Source: Catajapyx aquilonaris
Lineage: Eukaryota
Direction of reading: 5' to 3'
DNA length: 53,696 nt
Assembly: GCA_000934665.2 (NCBI GenBank)
Contig: JYFJ02002623.1
Span: forward strand, 1 to 53,696
The notes under the pieces are model-generated. The model was given only the letters and a program-made list of their open reading frames with translations. It did no database searches and was not told the origin of the DNA. The translations under genes were made by a program, and so were the position numbers. Shown in pieces: positions 29,761-41,028 of the stretch. Numbering within the stretch: the stretch's first letter is position 1; every line of letters starts with the position of its first letter.

Positions 29761-30587
29761 GGCGCCGACGCAACACACATACACACTTTTCTCTTAGCTT
29801 GTCCCTCTCTGGCTCTCGTTATTAGATTCCTCATTATGCTTCATTCCATTCGTTCCACTTCACCTGGGCCCAACTCAATCTGACTGGTGAGAAAGTAAGA
29901 AATGTGAAAGTCCACTCTCGCATACCATTTGCATTTTTATGTGGTCTTCAGAGGAGTTGGTTTTCCGTTTTTTTAAGGGGGGCATGCTAATTACTCTTTT
30001 CGCTCCCGTCTCTTGCAGGTTACATGGTGCAATCTAACTGCCTGAGGCAGCACTAATAAAAGGGCAAACTCGATATTCGCGATTGCCCAGTCGCTGGTGC
30101 GTGCTTTCATGCAAACTAGAATATGTCCGGATTCTGTCCATGTGAGCGAACTTTTTAAAATAATATGCAAATCTAGTATGGCACATCCAGAAAAAGTTCT
30201 GCAAATTGAAGAGACATCTCTTCTTTTCTTATAGAGTCGGTAATAACTTTATGCCACTTTTTTTCAAAAAGACTTTCATATTCCCTGTGTCAACATATCT
30301 GAAATGCGGAGCTGTAAGAGCCACATTGGAAGGATTTGTACGTGTGCTTTGAAGTTTGAAGACTCTCTTATGGAATTCCTTTTAAAAACATTTGAAAATC
30401 TGCAATGGAAAACGATCTGAGTTTATAAGACTGATTTCGAGATGTGAGAGTTTATATAGGTTTGAAGATTGCATTAGGTTTTAAGGGACCCTGTTTTCAA
30501 ACATTTATTCCGAGAGCTGCAATTGCTCCGTCAGGAAACTGACCCTATAAGAAAACAGGCGATATAGGCCTTCCATATCGTCCCAAT

Positions 30588-30615
30588 GTCATGGGTTCTA
30601 GTCCCACGTTGGGCG
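30588..30615 (+). pseudogene. 3' fragment (T arm and acceptor side) of a tRNA-Lys(CTT)-like sequence
   Basis: GTCATGGGTTCTAGTCCCACGTTGGGCG matches the remembered metazoan tRNA-Lys(CTT) 3' end GTCGTGGGTTCGAGCCCCACGTTGGGCG at 25/28. No 5' half is present. Confidence 0.45.
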
Positions 30616-32215
30616 GTGCTTTTCTTTTAAACACAATTTCATAACTAAATAAGCACAAGTGCATTGGACTGCGCGAAATTGGAAATCGCTAACTTTTCGG
30701 AAATTTTGTCTCTATAATATTATCAATGCATCATTACTTTTAAGACACTATTCGATAAATGTCTATAAACACATATTGGTAAAACATTGTAAAGAACTTG
30801 TCACTTTAACTAGTGAAGTTCGCAATTCTAACATATGTAAATGCGACCCGTTATAATAGCTGCAAATATAGAGCACATCAAATAGACACTTAATCCGTGT
30901 CATTGTATCCTTACCCAGGTCTATAGCAAAGCACAGAGAAAATCTAGAATCGATTACCTGCAACTATACTTCCCTGAAATTGGAACCTCTATAATGGTCA
31001 TACATGCCCTTGAATTTGAAACTGGACATGTGAATGAAAAATGGTGAGCCTGCATGCATGGGAAACCAGCAGGTGGAGCATACCAGCAATTTGAGCACAT
31101 AATACGTCAAAAACAGGCGGTCCATCTTTCTGGTACTAGTATATTTCATATTTTTTGCTCAAATGCATCTTCAGCAGTTGGACATGAGATCGGAAAGTTG
31201 TAAATTATTCCCTGCAATGCTGCATTATCTCACCCTTGCCTCGAATCGAAATGAGGGCCCCCATGATTAAAAATAATTCTTATCAAATTATTGTTCTGTG
31301 AAAACATTGTCATACGCGGTACAACAAATGTTAAATGCTAAGTCCAACTTTTTCTGACCCAGATGCAAGCATGTGATGACGAGTAATTTTCCCCACACAA
31401 CAGTGCCGACACAATAGTTGTAACATACTGTAATAACTCGAGACACTTTCTCTATTCACAACTAGAAGGGAAGCTCATGTAAAAAAATATTTGTAATATT
31501 TGCATGCATAGCAACTTTCGTCAGGCACTCTAAATGCAGTATATCCTGACGTTTTTTTTCGTAAATTGTTGAGAATAACTAAAAAACCAACAGAGCGAGT
31601 CGCACCATGTTTCCACAGTATATTTTTACCGCCCCTTTAATAAAAAGTTCGAGCATCAACGGAGTACGAGTATAAATAAGTGGAACAAAATTAATACTGT
31701 ACTTTATTAGGAAACGGTCCCTATTGGGTTTTACTGCACCCTCAACCTGCATACAAAGTATCACTTTGTGAACGCTCGTTCAAAAGTTATATTGCAATTC
31801 CTCGAGGGTAGAATTTGAGTTATTGATATTGGTTCCTTTATACTGTACATTCGATATTTTAACGTCGCTCAACTTTCTGCTCTCAAAATTGCATAAAAAC
31901 TACGCTATTTAATCTCAATAAAAGCAAAGGACCCTTGCAGCACATTAATATCGATGTCAGGCATTTTGTTGTATACGTGCAGTTCTGTAGTGTACATGTC
32001 AAAAAAAAAAGTTTCGCCTTGGTACTACAAGGTGGTCTAACTAAAATGTCCGTATTTTGGCAGCTGCTTGTTTTTAAGCGTCGGCTTTAGTGTTTGCCAA
32101 AAAATCAACTGCTGATATTAGTTTGCTTTAGAAAAAAAAAACAGGTTTTATCGCGTTCCAATAGGCCACTCCTAATTAGTAATTACTACAGTTTTCATAG
32201 TTGTTGTCCAGAGCC

Positions 32216-32447
32216 TGCTTCGGTACCGAAGCAGGTTGGCAGAGTGGATAGGGCGTCCGACTGCTAATCGGGAGGTCCTAGGTTCGAATCCCGGGGCCGG
32301 CAACCCTGACAGTGGTTTTCTGTGGTTTTCCACGGTCTTTCTAGGTTAATTCCGGGGTCGCTTCCGTATAATAGGCCACAGCCGCTTCCTTCCTTCCCTA
32401 TCCTTGGAGGTTGAAAGGCAATGCTGGGCCAGCCTCCTTATTATAAA
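32216..32447 (+). mobile_element. tRNA-derived SINE with 13-bp target-site duplication
   Basis: A box TGGCAGAGTGG, B box GGTTCGAATCC, cloverleaf-like head at 32231-32302, body GGTTTTCTGTGGTTTTCC...AGGCCACAGCCGCTTCCTTCC, and an AT-rich tail. Direct repeat GTTGTCCAGAGCC at 32203-32215 and 32448-32460. Confidence 0.9.
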
Positions 32448-32616
32448 GTTGTCCAGAGCCAGGATACGCTTCTCCAAAACTTTTTTTTTTTTGTCACAGC
32501 TACAGTGTACATACCAGTCGGTGAAAATGAAGTATAATTGAAAACACCTCGACACTGTAAAGCTCCCTAACCATTTGAATAACTCCCCTTTAGGCTGCGA
32601 AATTTATGTGTGGCCC

Positions 32617-35364
32617 CTAATGCCCATTCAGGGCGCGAGTGAATCCGGCCGAAGTGTTCTCCCCAGAGAAAGAAGGCCGGGGCAGCATGCAGAAGAGGAA
32701 TGTCGGTGGTACAAACACGTAGGTAGTGATGGGGGTGGTGGGTGAATCAATGAAGAGGAGGTGCCCCATGGCATCCATTTCAGTCGAGCTGGTTGCACTC
32801 ACAAAATAATGCATGTATATATACACGAGCGTATATATATATATACACCTGGCAGGTGCAGACCTCGAGTTTGGTGTGCGAAGGACGACGGTCCATTAGC
32901 GCTAGGAAGCAGGAAGGAGTTGATAAATGAGAGTAGAAGGCGGAGGCGGGACATAATTTATTGTGGTCGGGTCCCCGCATTGCAGGCGTGCTGCTGCTTC
33001 TTATTCAACCACCCTTGATCGTGACGAATGACAATGATGATGATGATGGAGGGGTTGCGGTCAGGCACCTCCAGATGTGGATGACTTGTGTAGACGCAGG
33101 GCGACTCACGAGGATTGCTCGGTCGGGTCTGTGGCCGGATCGGTGGTTGCTGAGGTGCTGTTGCCGTGGCCATCTTCCTCCAGCAGCTCCACTGATCCTT
33201 CACGGTACTGCCAGATAGAAACATGTTGGATGAGTTTTAGGAACTTATTCACAGGTATGAGGGTGTACACTATAAACAAATTCAAAAATAAATAATTAAA
33301 TCAGATGACACATAATTATACTGTAAATGCATAATGCAGCATATCCATACTGTACAGTAGGTTAAATAAATTTTATGATCCCCACCCCTGGAAACAAGCA
33401 ATCCCTTGATAGCGTGCGTTTCCGAATATTGCCCTGTATATGCGCGGTTTAACTCTGTACACGTTTTAGAAACGGACTGGAATTTAACCACCTTTGAAGT
33501 TGTTTTCAGGATAGCTTCACACGCCTTTATGATTCACGGTGGAGCTGGGATGGCTGAGTGCAAACACCTACACACGAATTGGTGAAAGTCCGTTTAGAAT
33601 TTTTATCGATTACTTTCAGAGGCTTCTGCCGACCAAAGCTATGGCGCTTCTCAGCCATTATTTTATTCCCCAGCTTCTCCTTTACTTCAATATGGCAAGC
33701 TTTAAAAAAAACCAATAGGCCTCTCCACAAGCTATATAGGAAAATGGATATCAGCATCAGACGTGGTCTGCGTTTAATATTTTTTTATTTGAAGTCGGAG
33801 CAAGCCGAAGATCCCTCTACTTTATTAATGATATGTAAACCTAATTCGTTGATTTTTTACGCTGGTTTCTGAACTCTTCGTAATTATCGGTTCGGTAACA
33901 CTGTATTTTTAATGAGGTTTTCTTTTGCACCCCAGAGGCTCACTGTTGATCTTACCGGCAGCGGATAGCATCGCAGGTCGTAGCTACACCATAGGCCAGG
34001 GCAGCAAGGCACAGCGAAGCACTAGTGATGGATGGGAAAAAATGAGGATATTACGGCATGTTTTTGATATCTGCTCTGCGGCTATATGAATATTTTAACA
34101 ATATTTTCCGGGCTACAAAGTCGAGTAGCCTTTGTAGGCCTACTACAGTATAGAAACAAGACTAACAGCAGACTGAGTTTACAAAAAAATTTATTCAAAT
34201 ACAGGAGTCAGTTAGAAAATCAACAAAACAGAAATTAGTTTGAAAAGTCTGTCAGCATTGAATTACTTAAACGAACTCGCTTTATTTTACATATCCCATT
34301 CGTGCCAGAGGACTTAAAAGTTTTTCGGAAAATCATGCTAACATTCATCAACGGAAATAAGACAATACTTTTGAGAGGAAAGTTATTTTTAGGCTACTTC
34401 TCCGGGCCATAATTCTGTTGGACCGCAGTAGCATTACTGTAACCTACTTTTTAATTGGAAATGTAATATTCACCAAGGTTTGGTTTCATGAAAAACAATG
34501 TTCTCTCTTTTTTTTTTTTACAAAAGCGACTGACTGGTGGAAGAACGTGAAGGTTGTTCCCAAGTCTACCGTCTAACAATGGAGGTGGGGAAGAAGTTAG
34601 AGATTTTTGTTTTTACCCCCAGCAACCCACTTAAAGAGAAGCAACAATCCAGATAAGTCAATGCGATCCTGATTAATGTTCCATCGGTTTTTCTTTCTCT
34701 CTTTAAACTGGTTTTCCATGGCGGTGTATACTGTACAGTCCGAACCTTCTCCAATAAAATGGGGATATGGACCTATATTCCACAAAAAAATTAGCTACTG
34801 CAAACCCACTTAAACTTTTTTCAATTAAAATTTACACCGTTCAAAACCCCAGTTAGCGTCGCATGTTGGCAAAATACAACAACTTTTATTTTACTATTAA
34901 TTGGCATGCCTGCACATAGAGTGGCGTGTCCTAGACCACTGTAATCAAATTGCACATGCTCACATGTCGTGAGCATACAAATGCAAATTTTACACTCCCA
35001 CTGCCAATTGAGACGCCCTGTAAAAGTCTACCGTACCAGACAGTTGAGTGTCTCAATCCCCAAATGCATGGCGGCCTTCTTTGAAGATGTGCCCCACGCA
35101 CGAGCTATTCTATTGACAACATGCATTGTCACGCGACTAATTTCACGCCCGTGCTAGTCGCGAATTTAGAAACTTCAACTTCAAGCCATGACTACAACTG
35201 ATAAAGTGTCTTACTGGGTCCATAGGTGTTCCGCACACGAAGACCTGCGGTTTGGCTTCAGTCACAGTTCCCATCCGTAGAGGGGAATCAGAGTCAAAGA
35301 AGGCCATTGCGATTACCAGAGCACCAAGCCAGCACCACGGCCTAAGGTCACTCTTGGAAGCCAT
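32617..35364 (-). CDS. Putative orphan secreted protein. Exons 35364-35215, 33207-33110 and 32788-32617 give 139 aa. If exon 2 is terminal (TGA just past 33110) the product is ~83 aa.
   Basis: MASKSDLRPWCWLGALVIAMAFF signal-like start; TATAAAA about 40 nt upstream; donor CCA|GTAAGA (phase 0); acceptor TTTCTATCTGGCAG; exon 2 YREGSVELLEEDGHGNSTSATTDPATDPTEQS; donor TC|GTGAGT (phase 2). A phase-2 acceptor joins an open frame to TAG, but that acceptor is weak. No family recognised. Confidence 0.5.
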
Positions 35365-35405
35365 CTTCTTGCACTCTGGAGGTGGAGGACCAGCAGTCTT
35401 TGTCC

Positions 35406-35412
35406 TTTTATA
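35406..35412 (-). promoter_or_regulatory. TATA box (TATAAAA) of the putative orphan secreted-protein gene
   Basis: The minus strand reads GGTTATAAAAGGAC about 40 nt upstream of the ATG at 35364. Confidence 0.45.
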
Positions 35413-36010
35413 ACCACTGTCTGCTGCCTCATACCTTGACCCTCAGTATCAAGAGCTGAATCAGCACTCACACCGTTCCATTTCAACGGAACTGAACCCT
35501 CGAGTAATAAGAAGTGACTCGGGGTTAGTTAAAAAGGTACTTAGTGCTGGAATTTCCCGGCTGGAGAGTGCCGTGGGCTACAACGGGCCTGGCTAAGGAT
35601 TCCATTTACATGAAGTGCCTATTGCTGTAGCGGGTGTAGAGCACAAGGTATGAGTCAGAAATGGCAGGCAAACATATATGGCTTGATGCAGAAGTAAAGT
35701 TGCACTATTTCAAATTGCATACATATTTGAGAGGCTGAATAGTGGCCTTCACATGACTGCTTCCATCAATGCAAAAGTAGACATGTGGCAAAGAATGAGT
35801 CTCATTCTATCTGGGTGAGTGGCGCTACTCTGAAATACGAATTGATGATTAATGGGATCGGAAGCGGAAGCACTGCCAACCGATATGCCATTATGTATGG
35901 AGAAATTATCAAATGGGTCAATTATCAAGTGGGGGAGGGGGATGGAGAGAGGGTGGGGGTTAAATATTCGACACGTGTGAGCTTCAATTCTGAGTGGACG
36001 CCATTTCGTG

Positions 36011-36205
36011 ATGGATGTAAAGTTAGCAGTGATGATCATAGCGATGGTAGTGAATGGACCTGTGGACTCTTTGAAAAGAGAGTTCACCTTTGGCTTCATG
36101 AAACATCAAATGCTGGAAACTAAAGTGTGGCTGGACAAGGGTAAGAAGGCCGATTGCTATTACTTGGATGTTCCGGAGAAGTCCAAGCTCAAAATACAGT
36201 TTCAG
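36011..36205 (+). CDS. Candidate alternative first coding exon of the logjam-like p24 gene (signal peptide plus N-terminal GOLD half). Gives a 228-aa isoform if spliced to 39167.
   Basis: MDVKLAVMIIAMVVNGPVDS signal-like start. LETKVWLDKGKKADCYYLDVPEKSKLKIQFQ aligns with LDYKVEVDAGK-EDCYYLYVHPQASFYVSFQ of the main exon 1 (14/31 identical, Cys kept). It ends at the equivalent phase-0 donor CAG|GTACAG. Confidence 0.7.
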
Positions 36206-38026
36206 GTACAGTACAGTTGGACCTTTTTGATTCTACTCGTTACATTTCCTCGGTCCCATCCAATCATTGAGGTCGAGTCAATTGGAGAACGAACGGATGT
36301 AATGTTAAGCTCACATTCGCGTTTGCAGAATCCTCGCAGATTGCACCACGAACTCAAATCCGTTCGCAGTTATCAGTTTTCAATCCTAATGCATTGGAAT
36401 AACAGCGTGCTCAGCTGTAGACCTGCAAGCATAGGATTTCCATAATATAATAGTCGGTTCCATATATACAGCACTGGGTCAATGCACCCAATATTGTGCA
36501 ACTGCTGTAGCCAAATCTGCAAGAGAAGTGATGGTCGACATTGGTTTTGCACACTTCAATATAGGCCTACATCTAACCCTGCAGCGGGTGTGATGCCGAC
36601 GTGTTCTTGACATCTCATTATCGCATTCCGGATTTTTAATATTAATAGTTATTATGTGGTTTACACTGCTGTATACTGTATTAGTGAGTAGCCTAATCTG
36701 TACCAGTATACATCAAGTGTATAACGGTGAGACAAAGTTTCATTTTGGTCTTACATCAACAATGAAGGCCGCCCAGGATGATCCTACAGTGGCTTCTGAA
36801 AAGGTGCATTAAAATTTCAGGTGAATTATAGCCAAAGAAAAATCGAGGCGTAAACTAGCTGATGCTCAAGCGCCTAATGCGATTAGTGAAGTGCTTTTAG
36901 TTTTCTTTCCCTCCCAATCCTCCCACTCTTAACCTCTCCGTTCAGCAAAGTTAGCGTTTTTAGTCAAGCCCTTCTGATCCATCATTTTCGACGTAAAGAC
37001 ACTTGGTGCACAATTACTCTATCTGTCATAGAGTGAAAAAATTATTTATCTTGGATTTGAATTAACTTATTTTTATGTCGGTACAGTACCATACTCATAA
37101 ATATTTAGCGCCACTAACTTGTTTATTTGAGCTATAACTTAAGTTTATCTTACTCAGAGCCTCAAAATGTCATGTTTTAGAGTGGATTTTGGAGGAGTCC
37201 TACATCATGACTGCGACATTATGATGCATCATGATGCGACAGGATTTCCAATTAGATTAGCCAACTACAGCAGATTTATTAGCATATATATATGTAGGCT
37301 AATATAACCAGATATAACTTAATACTTTTTTTATAATCGTGATAGGTAACTACAGCCTACTCCAAAGTAGCTGCTTAAAAATAACCGTGTTAGTGACAAA
37401 AATAGATACGGTAAGGGTAACTAAAAATGGCATTTCAATAATGAAGACGTCACTTTCCAAAGAGCCCAACTCCACAAGATGAAAGTTTTCAGGAGAGAGA
37501 GAAAAAACTGCTTCATTGATCCATATGGAGTTTTGCAGTTTATGATTCAATTTTAACCTATAGTTCTGGTTGACTTGGGCCCTTCATCTTCACCAGGGCT
37601 GTGAGGCCCGACTCCAAGAGTAGGAATCCGCAATAAAACGGTTTTTCGAAATTTTGGATTTGGGCCCTTTGGCAACAACATTATTCCGCAGACGTGTCGC
37701 TGTGTCGCTGGCGATCAGAGCGTGGCGAAGTTCATCTCTTGAGCCACAGGTGTCGCCCCTGTCAAGAACTGCAAGAAAGTGAAAGCTAGAGAAGGAAAAA
37801 AAAGAATGGGTTAAAAAAATGGATGCAGGCGATGGGGGTCAGCGGTCAGAGCACTGGAGGGGGGTTGGGAGGAAGGAAGGAAAGGCATGGTAATAAAGGG
37901 TACGTGGCGCAGGAGCCGAGCGGGAGAGAAAGGGACTCACTGAGGTGGGGGAGGGGGGATAGCAGCAGGGGAATCAAGCAGGTGGGAGCAACATCTGGTT
38001 GGAGTTGACAGGTGGAAGAAGGAACC

Positions 38027-40288
38027 ATGTGGAGACACACGCTGGCCCCTAGTCTGGTGCTGCTGCTCCTGATGGCCCACACCACACTGGAGCAAGGGCA
38101 GCAGTCAGACACATTCCACCAGGGAACACAGCAGCAACAGCCGCCACAGATGATGCACCAGCAGCCACCACCGCAAATGCACCAGCAGCCACCACCGCAA
38201 ATGCACCAGCAACCACCACCACAAATGCAGCAACCACCACCGCAAATGCAACAGCCACCGCCACAGATGCATCAGCCGTCACAGCAAGAGCAGCATTCAA
38301 CTATTGTGCAGTCGGGGACAGATTTTATGTATGACAATGTGCCTGGGATTGCATTGGACTACAAGGTTGAGGTGGACGCTGGGAAGGAAGACTGCTACTA
38401 CTTATATGTGCATCCGCAGGCGTCCTTCTACGTCAGCTTTCAGGTCACATGTTGTAATTAATAGTAGTTATAGAAGTGTCTCGTAATGAGCATCAGGCAT
38501 TTTTGGGTAGTGCTGGCTTGATTCAACTAGTGTGCTGTTCATGAATAATTTTGTGAAAGGCAGTTCAAGGGCGAAAACCCATTTGAACTCTGGCCAGATT
38601 AAAAGAAACCTAACAAAATATGCAGAAGTCGAATGCAGTTTCTGAGAGGTAAAGGTTGTGATATTAATCGTTACAGCACCTTGATGTCCAAGTCACACTT
38701 GATTAAGCTGCATCCTCACAGTGTGACCGTATAAACAGTGTAGTAAATGATGTAGGAGACCCAAGTCGGCTCCTGGCATTTGTGTTCATCCCCATTAAAG
38801 CCCAAGTATTACACATAAGAATAAGATATAAAATTTTATTGCTATGGCAGAACTACCCATGAAGGATCCTGCCTTGAGAGTACAGCATTGTTTGGATTGC
38901 TTATTTTCACTTGGTCATTATTCGTTTCTTTAAGCATTTTCCTTGTCTGTGCCTTTTAAAGAGCCCCTCTGTTCAGGGATTGTAGTGCAGTTGAGCAAAT
39001 CATTGATCCCATGAGTAAGTTAATGTCTGGTACACTGAATACCATGGTGTAGTGAATATCTTTGTTCAATTCTCATCCAGATGACTTTCACCAAGTGAAC
39101 TCAGCCACCTTTGTGTCCACAACTTGCTGCTTGGTGGAATCTCTCAATGTTGTCGTCTAATTTCAGGTGCTTCGAGGAGGAGATGGGATGGCAGGATTTG
39201 CAGTGAGACAGCCCAGCGGACAGATCGTGTTGCCTTACCAGTGGAGGGCATCTGCTGAGTATGAGGAAAAGTCTGCTCTTGGAGGATACTATGCTCTCTG
39301 CCTTGACAACCAATTCTCTAGATTTGCGTCCAAGCTTGTCAACTTTTATGTTACCACCTTCAGGTCAGGATACTAAAGTGTACTGATATTTCCCACCATT
39401 TTTAGGGTTTGGGCCACCAAACTCAATGTAATGAAATGAAAGGGTTTCTGCTTGTTATTAATTATTGCATGTTAGTTTTTGTTAACAATTAATAACAAGC
39501 GCAATCAGGCTGACAGTGAGTTTGGTGCTCACTGTCCTACTGCCATGTTCCTCCACTAAAGGCTGACTGACAATATTGAGGATGGTTGGCATTGTTGACA
39601 ACAATGAATAACAATAATAAATCCTCAGTCAACATGCGAATGGTGCAACCAGACCTTGGGCATGGCTTACAGTTTGCGCTTAAGGGAACTACTGCATGTA
39701 AGCACAGAATATATTAGGCATTCAATTGCAAATACTGCATTGTGCATTACTCATGTGTAATGATGATAATAATTCTGCCACCTGTCAGTAACATCCGGAA
39801 GGCTTTGCAAGCACCAAACTGTTTTTCCATATGTCAGATTTCTGTGCTTCAAGTGGTGGATCCAATAACAGGTGCAATTGAGATTCACAGACCAAGTCAT
39901 TGATAGCAACTATATCTACAATAATAATATACAATAGCTACTGCCATTGCATTCACCCCTTGCATATGTAGCTAAATATTATTTTTACTGCAGGTATGAT
40001 GAGTGGGAGAAATACACCAAAGAGGTGGAGGCACTTGACCTGGGTGTCCAGAATGTGACCAACTCTCTGGGAACAGTGGACCAGAAAGTACAGGTGATTC
40101 TCCAGGAGCAGCACCTCAGTCGATCCAGGAACTCCAGGGACTTCCACTTGCTGCAGAATAACAGGGACTATGTACAGTACTGGTCTCTGGCCCAGTGTGC
40201 CGTCATCCTGGCCACAGGGGCACTCCAGGTCTTCTTTGTGCGGAGATTGTTCATGATGCCCAGCACTTCTTCAAAGACTCGAGCGTAA
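38027..40288 (+). CDS. loj: p24/TMED gamma-subfamily cargo receptor, logjam-like. Exons 38027-38443, 39167-39363 and 39994-40288; 302 aa.
   Basis: Signal peptide, Q/P-rich linker, GOLD domain (DAGKEDCYY...VLRGGDGMAGFAVR...PYQWRASA...GGYYALCLDNQFSRFASKLVN), coiled coil, TM segment and QVFFVRRLF tail. GT-AG introns in phases 0 and 2 give a continuous frame. Confidence 0.92.
38130..38280 (+). repeat. Coding minisatellite, 21-24 bp unit encoding M(H)QQPPPQ, about 6 copies
   Basis: ATGCACCAGCAGCCACCACCGCAA-type units repeated in loj exon 1. Confidence 0.85.
39415..39527. repeat. Nested inverted repeat (foldback) in loj intron 2
   Basis: Outer arms CACCAAACTCAATGT / ACAGTGAGTTTGGTG (14/15) and perfect inner 14-bp arms GCTTGTTATTAATT (39450-39463) / AATTAATAACAAGC (39487-39500). 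Confidence 0.7.
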
Positions 40289-40600
40289 CCTGCTTCTCAC
40301 TCCCTCCTCTGCATTCCTGTATTCTGTGCCACACATTCCCAACCAGCTGTCTTATTTTTCTACTCCCACCATCCTTTCCTCGTTGCTTTGGATGCAATGA
40401 ATATCATTCAGTGGTGCTTTTAATTGTTGACCTATTCCGACTTGGAACGAGAATCAGGGTTATTTCAGTTGACATTGATGGTAATTATGTGTTGTGTGTA
40501 GTTTTTACATTTTTGGTTTGAAAAGTGCAATAACAAGATTTTATTCTTGCCATCCTGGAAGTGTGTTTTTTGTAGTTTCTTGCCATGTGCATCCATACAA

Positions 40601-40794
40601 AGGTGCATTTACATGTGAGCGATCTGATCGCTGAGTGGTGCATTTCCAAGACGGTAACCCGAGTAACCAATATTGTTTGAGGTGAAAGTAACAATCGATT
40701 TTCGCCTAAAACAATACTGTTACTGGGGTTACTCAGCAATGCACCCCTTGGCGATGACATTGTGCGATCAAATCACTCACATGTAAACGCACCT
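40601..40794. mobile_element. PIF/Harbinger (Tourist-like) MITE, 194 bp
   Basis: 31-bp TIRs AGGTGCATTTACATGTGAGCGATCTGATCGC with 3 mismatches. Flanks are CAA / TAA, consistent with a mutated 3-bp TAA TSD. Confidence 0.72.
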
Positions 40795-41028
40795 TAACAG
40801 TTGGTCTGTTGTTTATGGCCCAACATTGATTTTTGGATTATATATTTCACAGTAATGCTCATGGCATGATGTGGGCATGTTGTCTAACTCTAACAGATAA
40901 TTTCATGTTTAGGTTGTCACGTTTTACAGCAACATATTCTGCATTTAAGTTTATTCAAAGAATTCAATTCATGTATTTAAAAACAATTGGTTCCCAAAAC
41001 ACATTCTGAAGCACAGCCATTGTGAATG

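Noticed and set aside
32231..32302. Functional tRNA-Ser(GCT) gene
   Set aside because: Mismatched acceptor stem, no long variable arm, and it is embedded in a SINE body flanked by a 13-bp TSD.
35143..35364. Insulin-like B-chain from CGTPMDPVRHFISC
   Set aside because: The Cys spacing (12 residues) differs from the usual 11, the second Cys lies beyond a good donor site, and no A-chain CCxxxC motif was found.
35749..36123. ORFs 35785-36123 (+) and 35749-36099 (-)
   Set aside because: No recognisable domain. They overlap the better-supported p24-like exon in another frame or strand.
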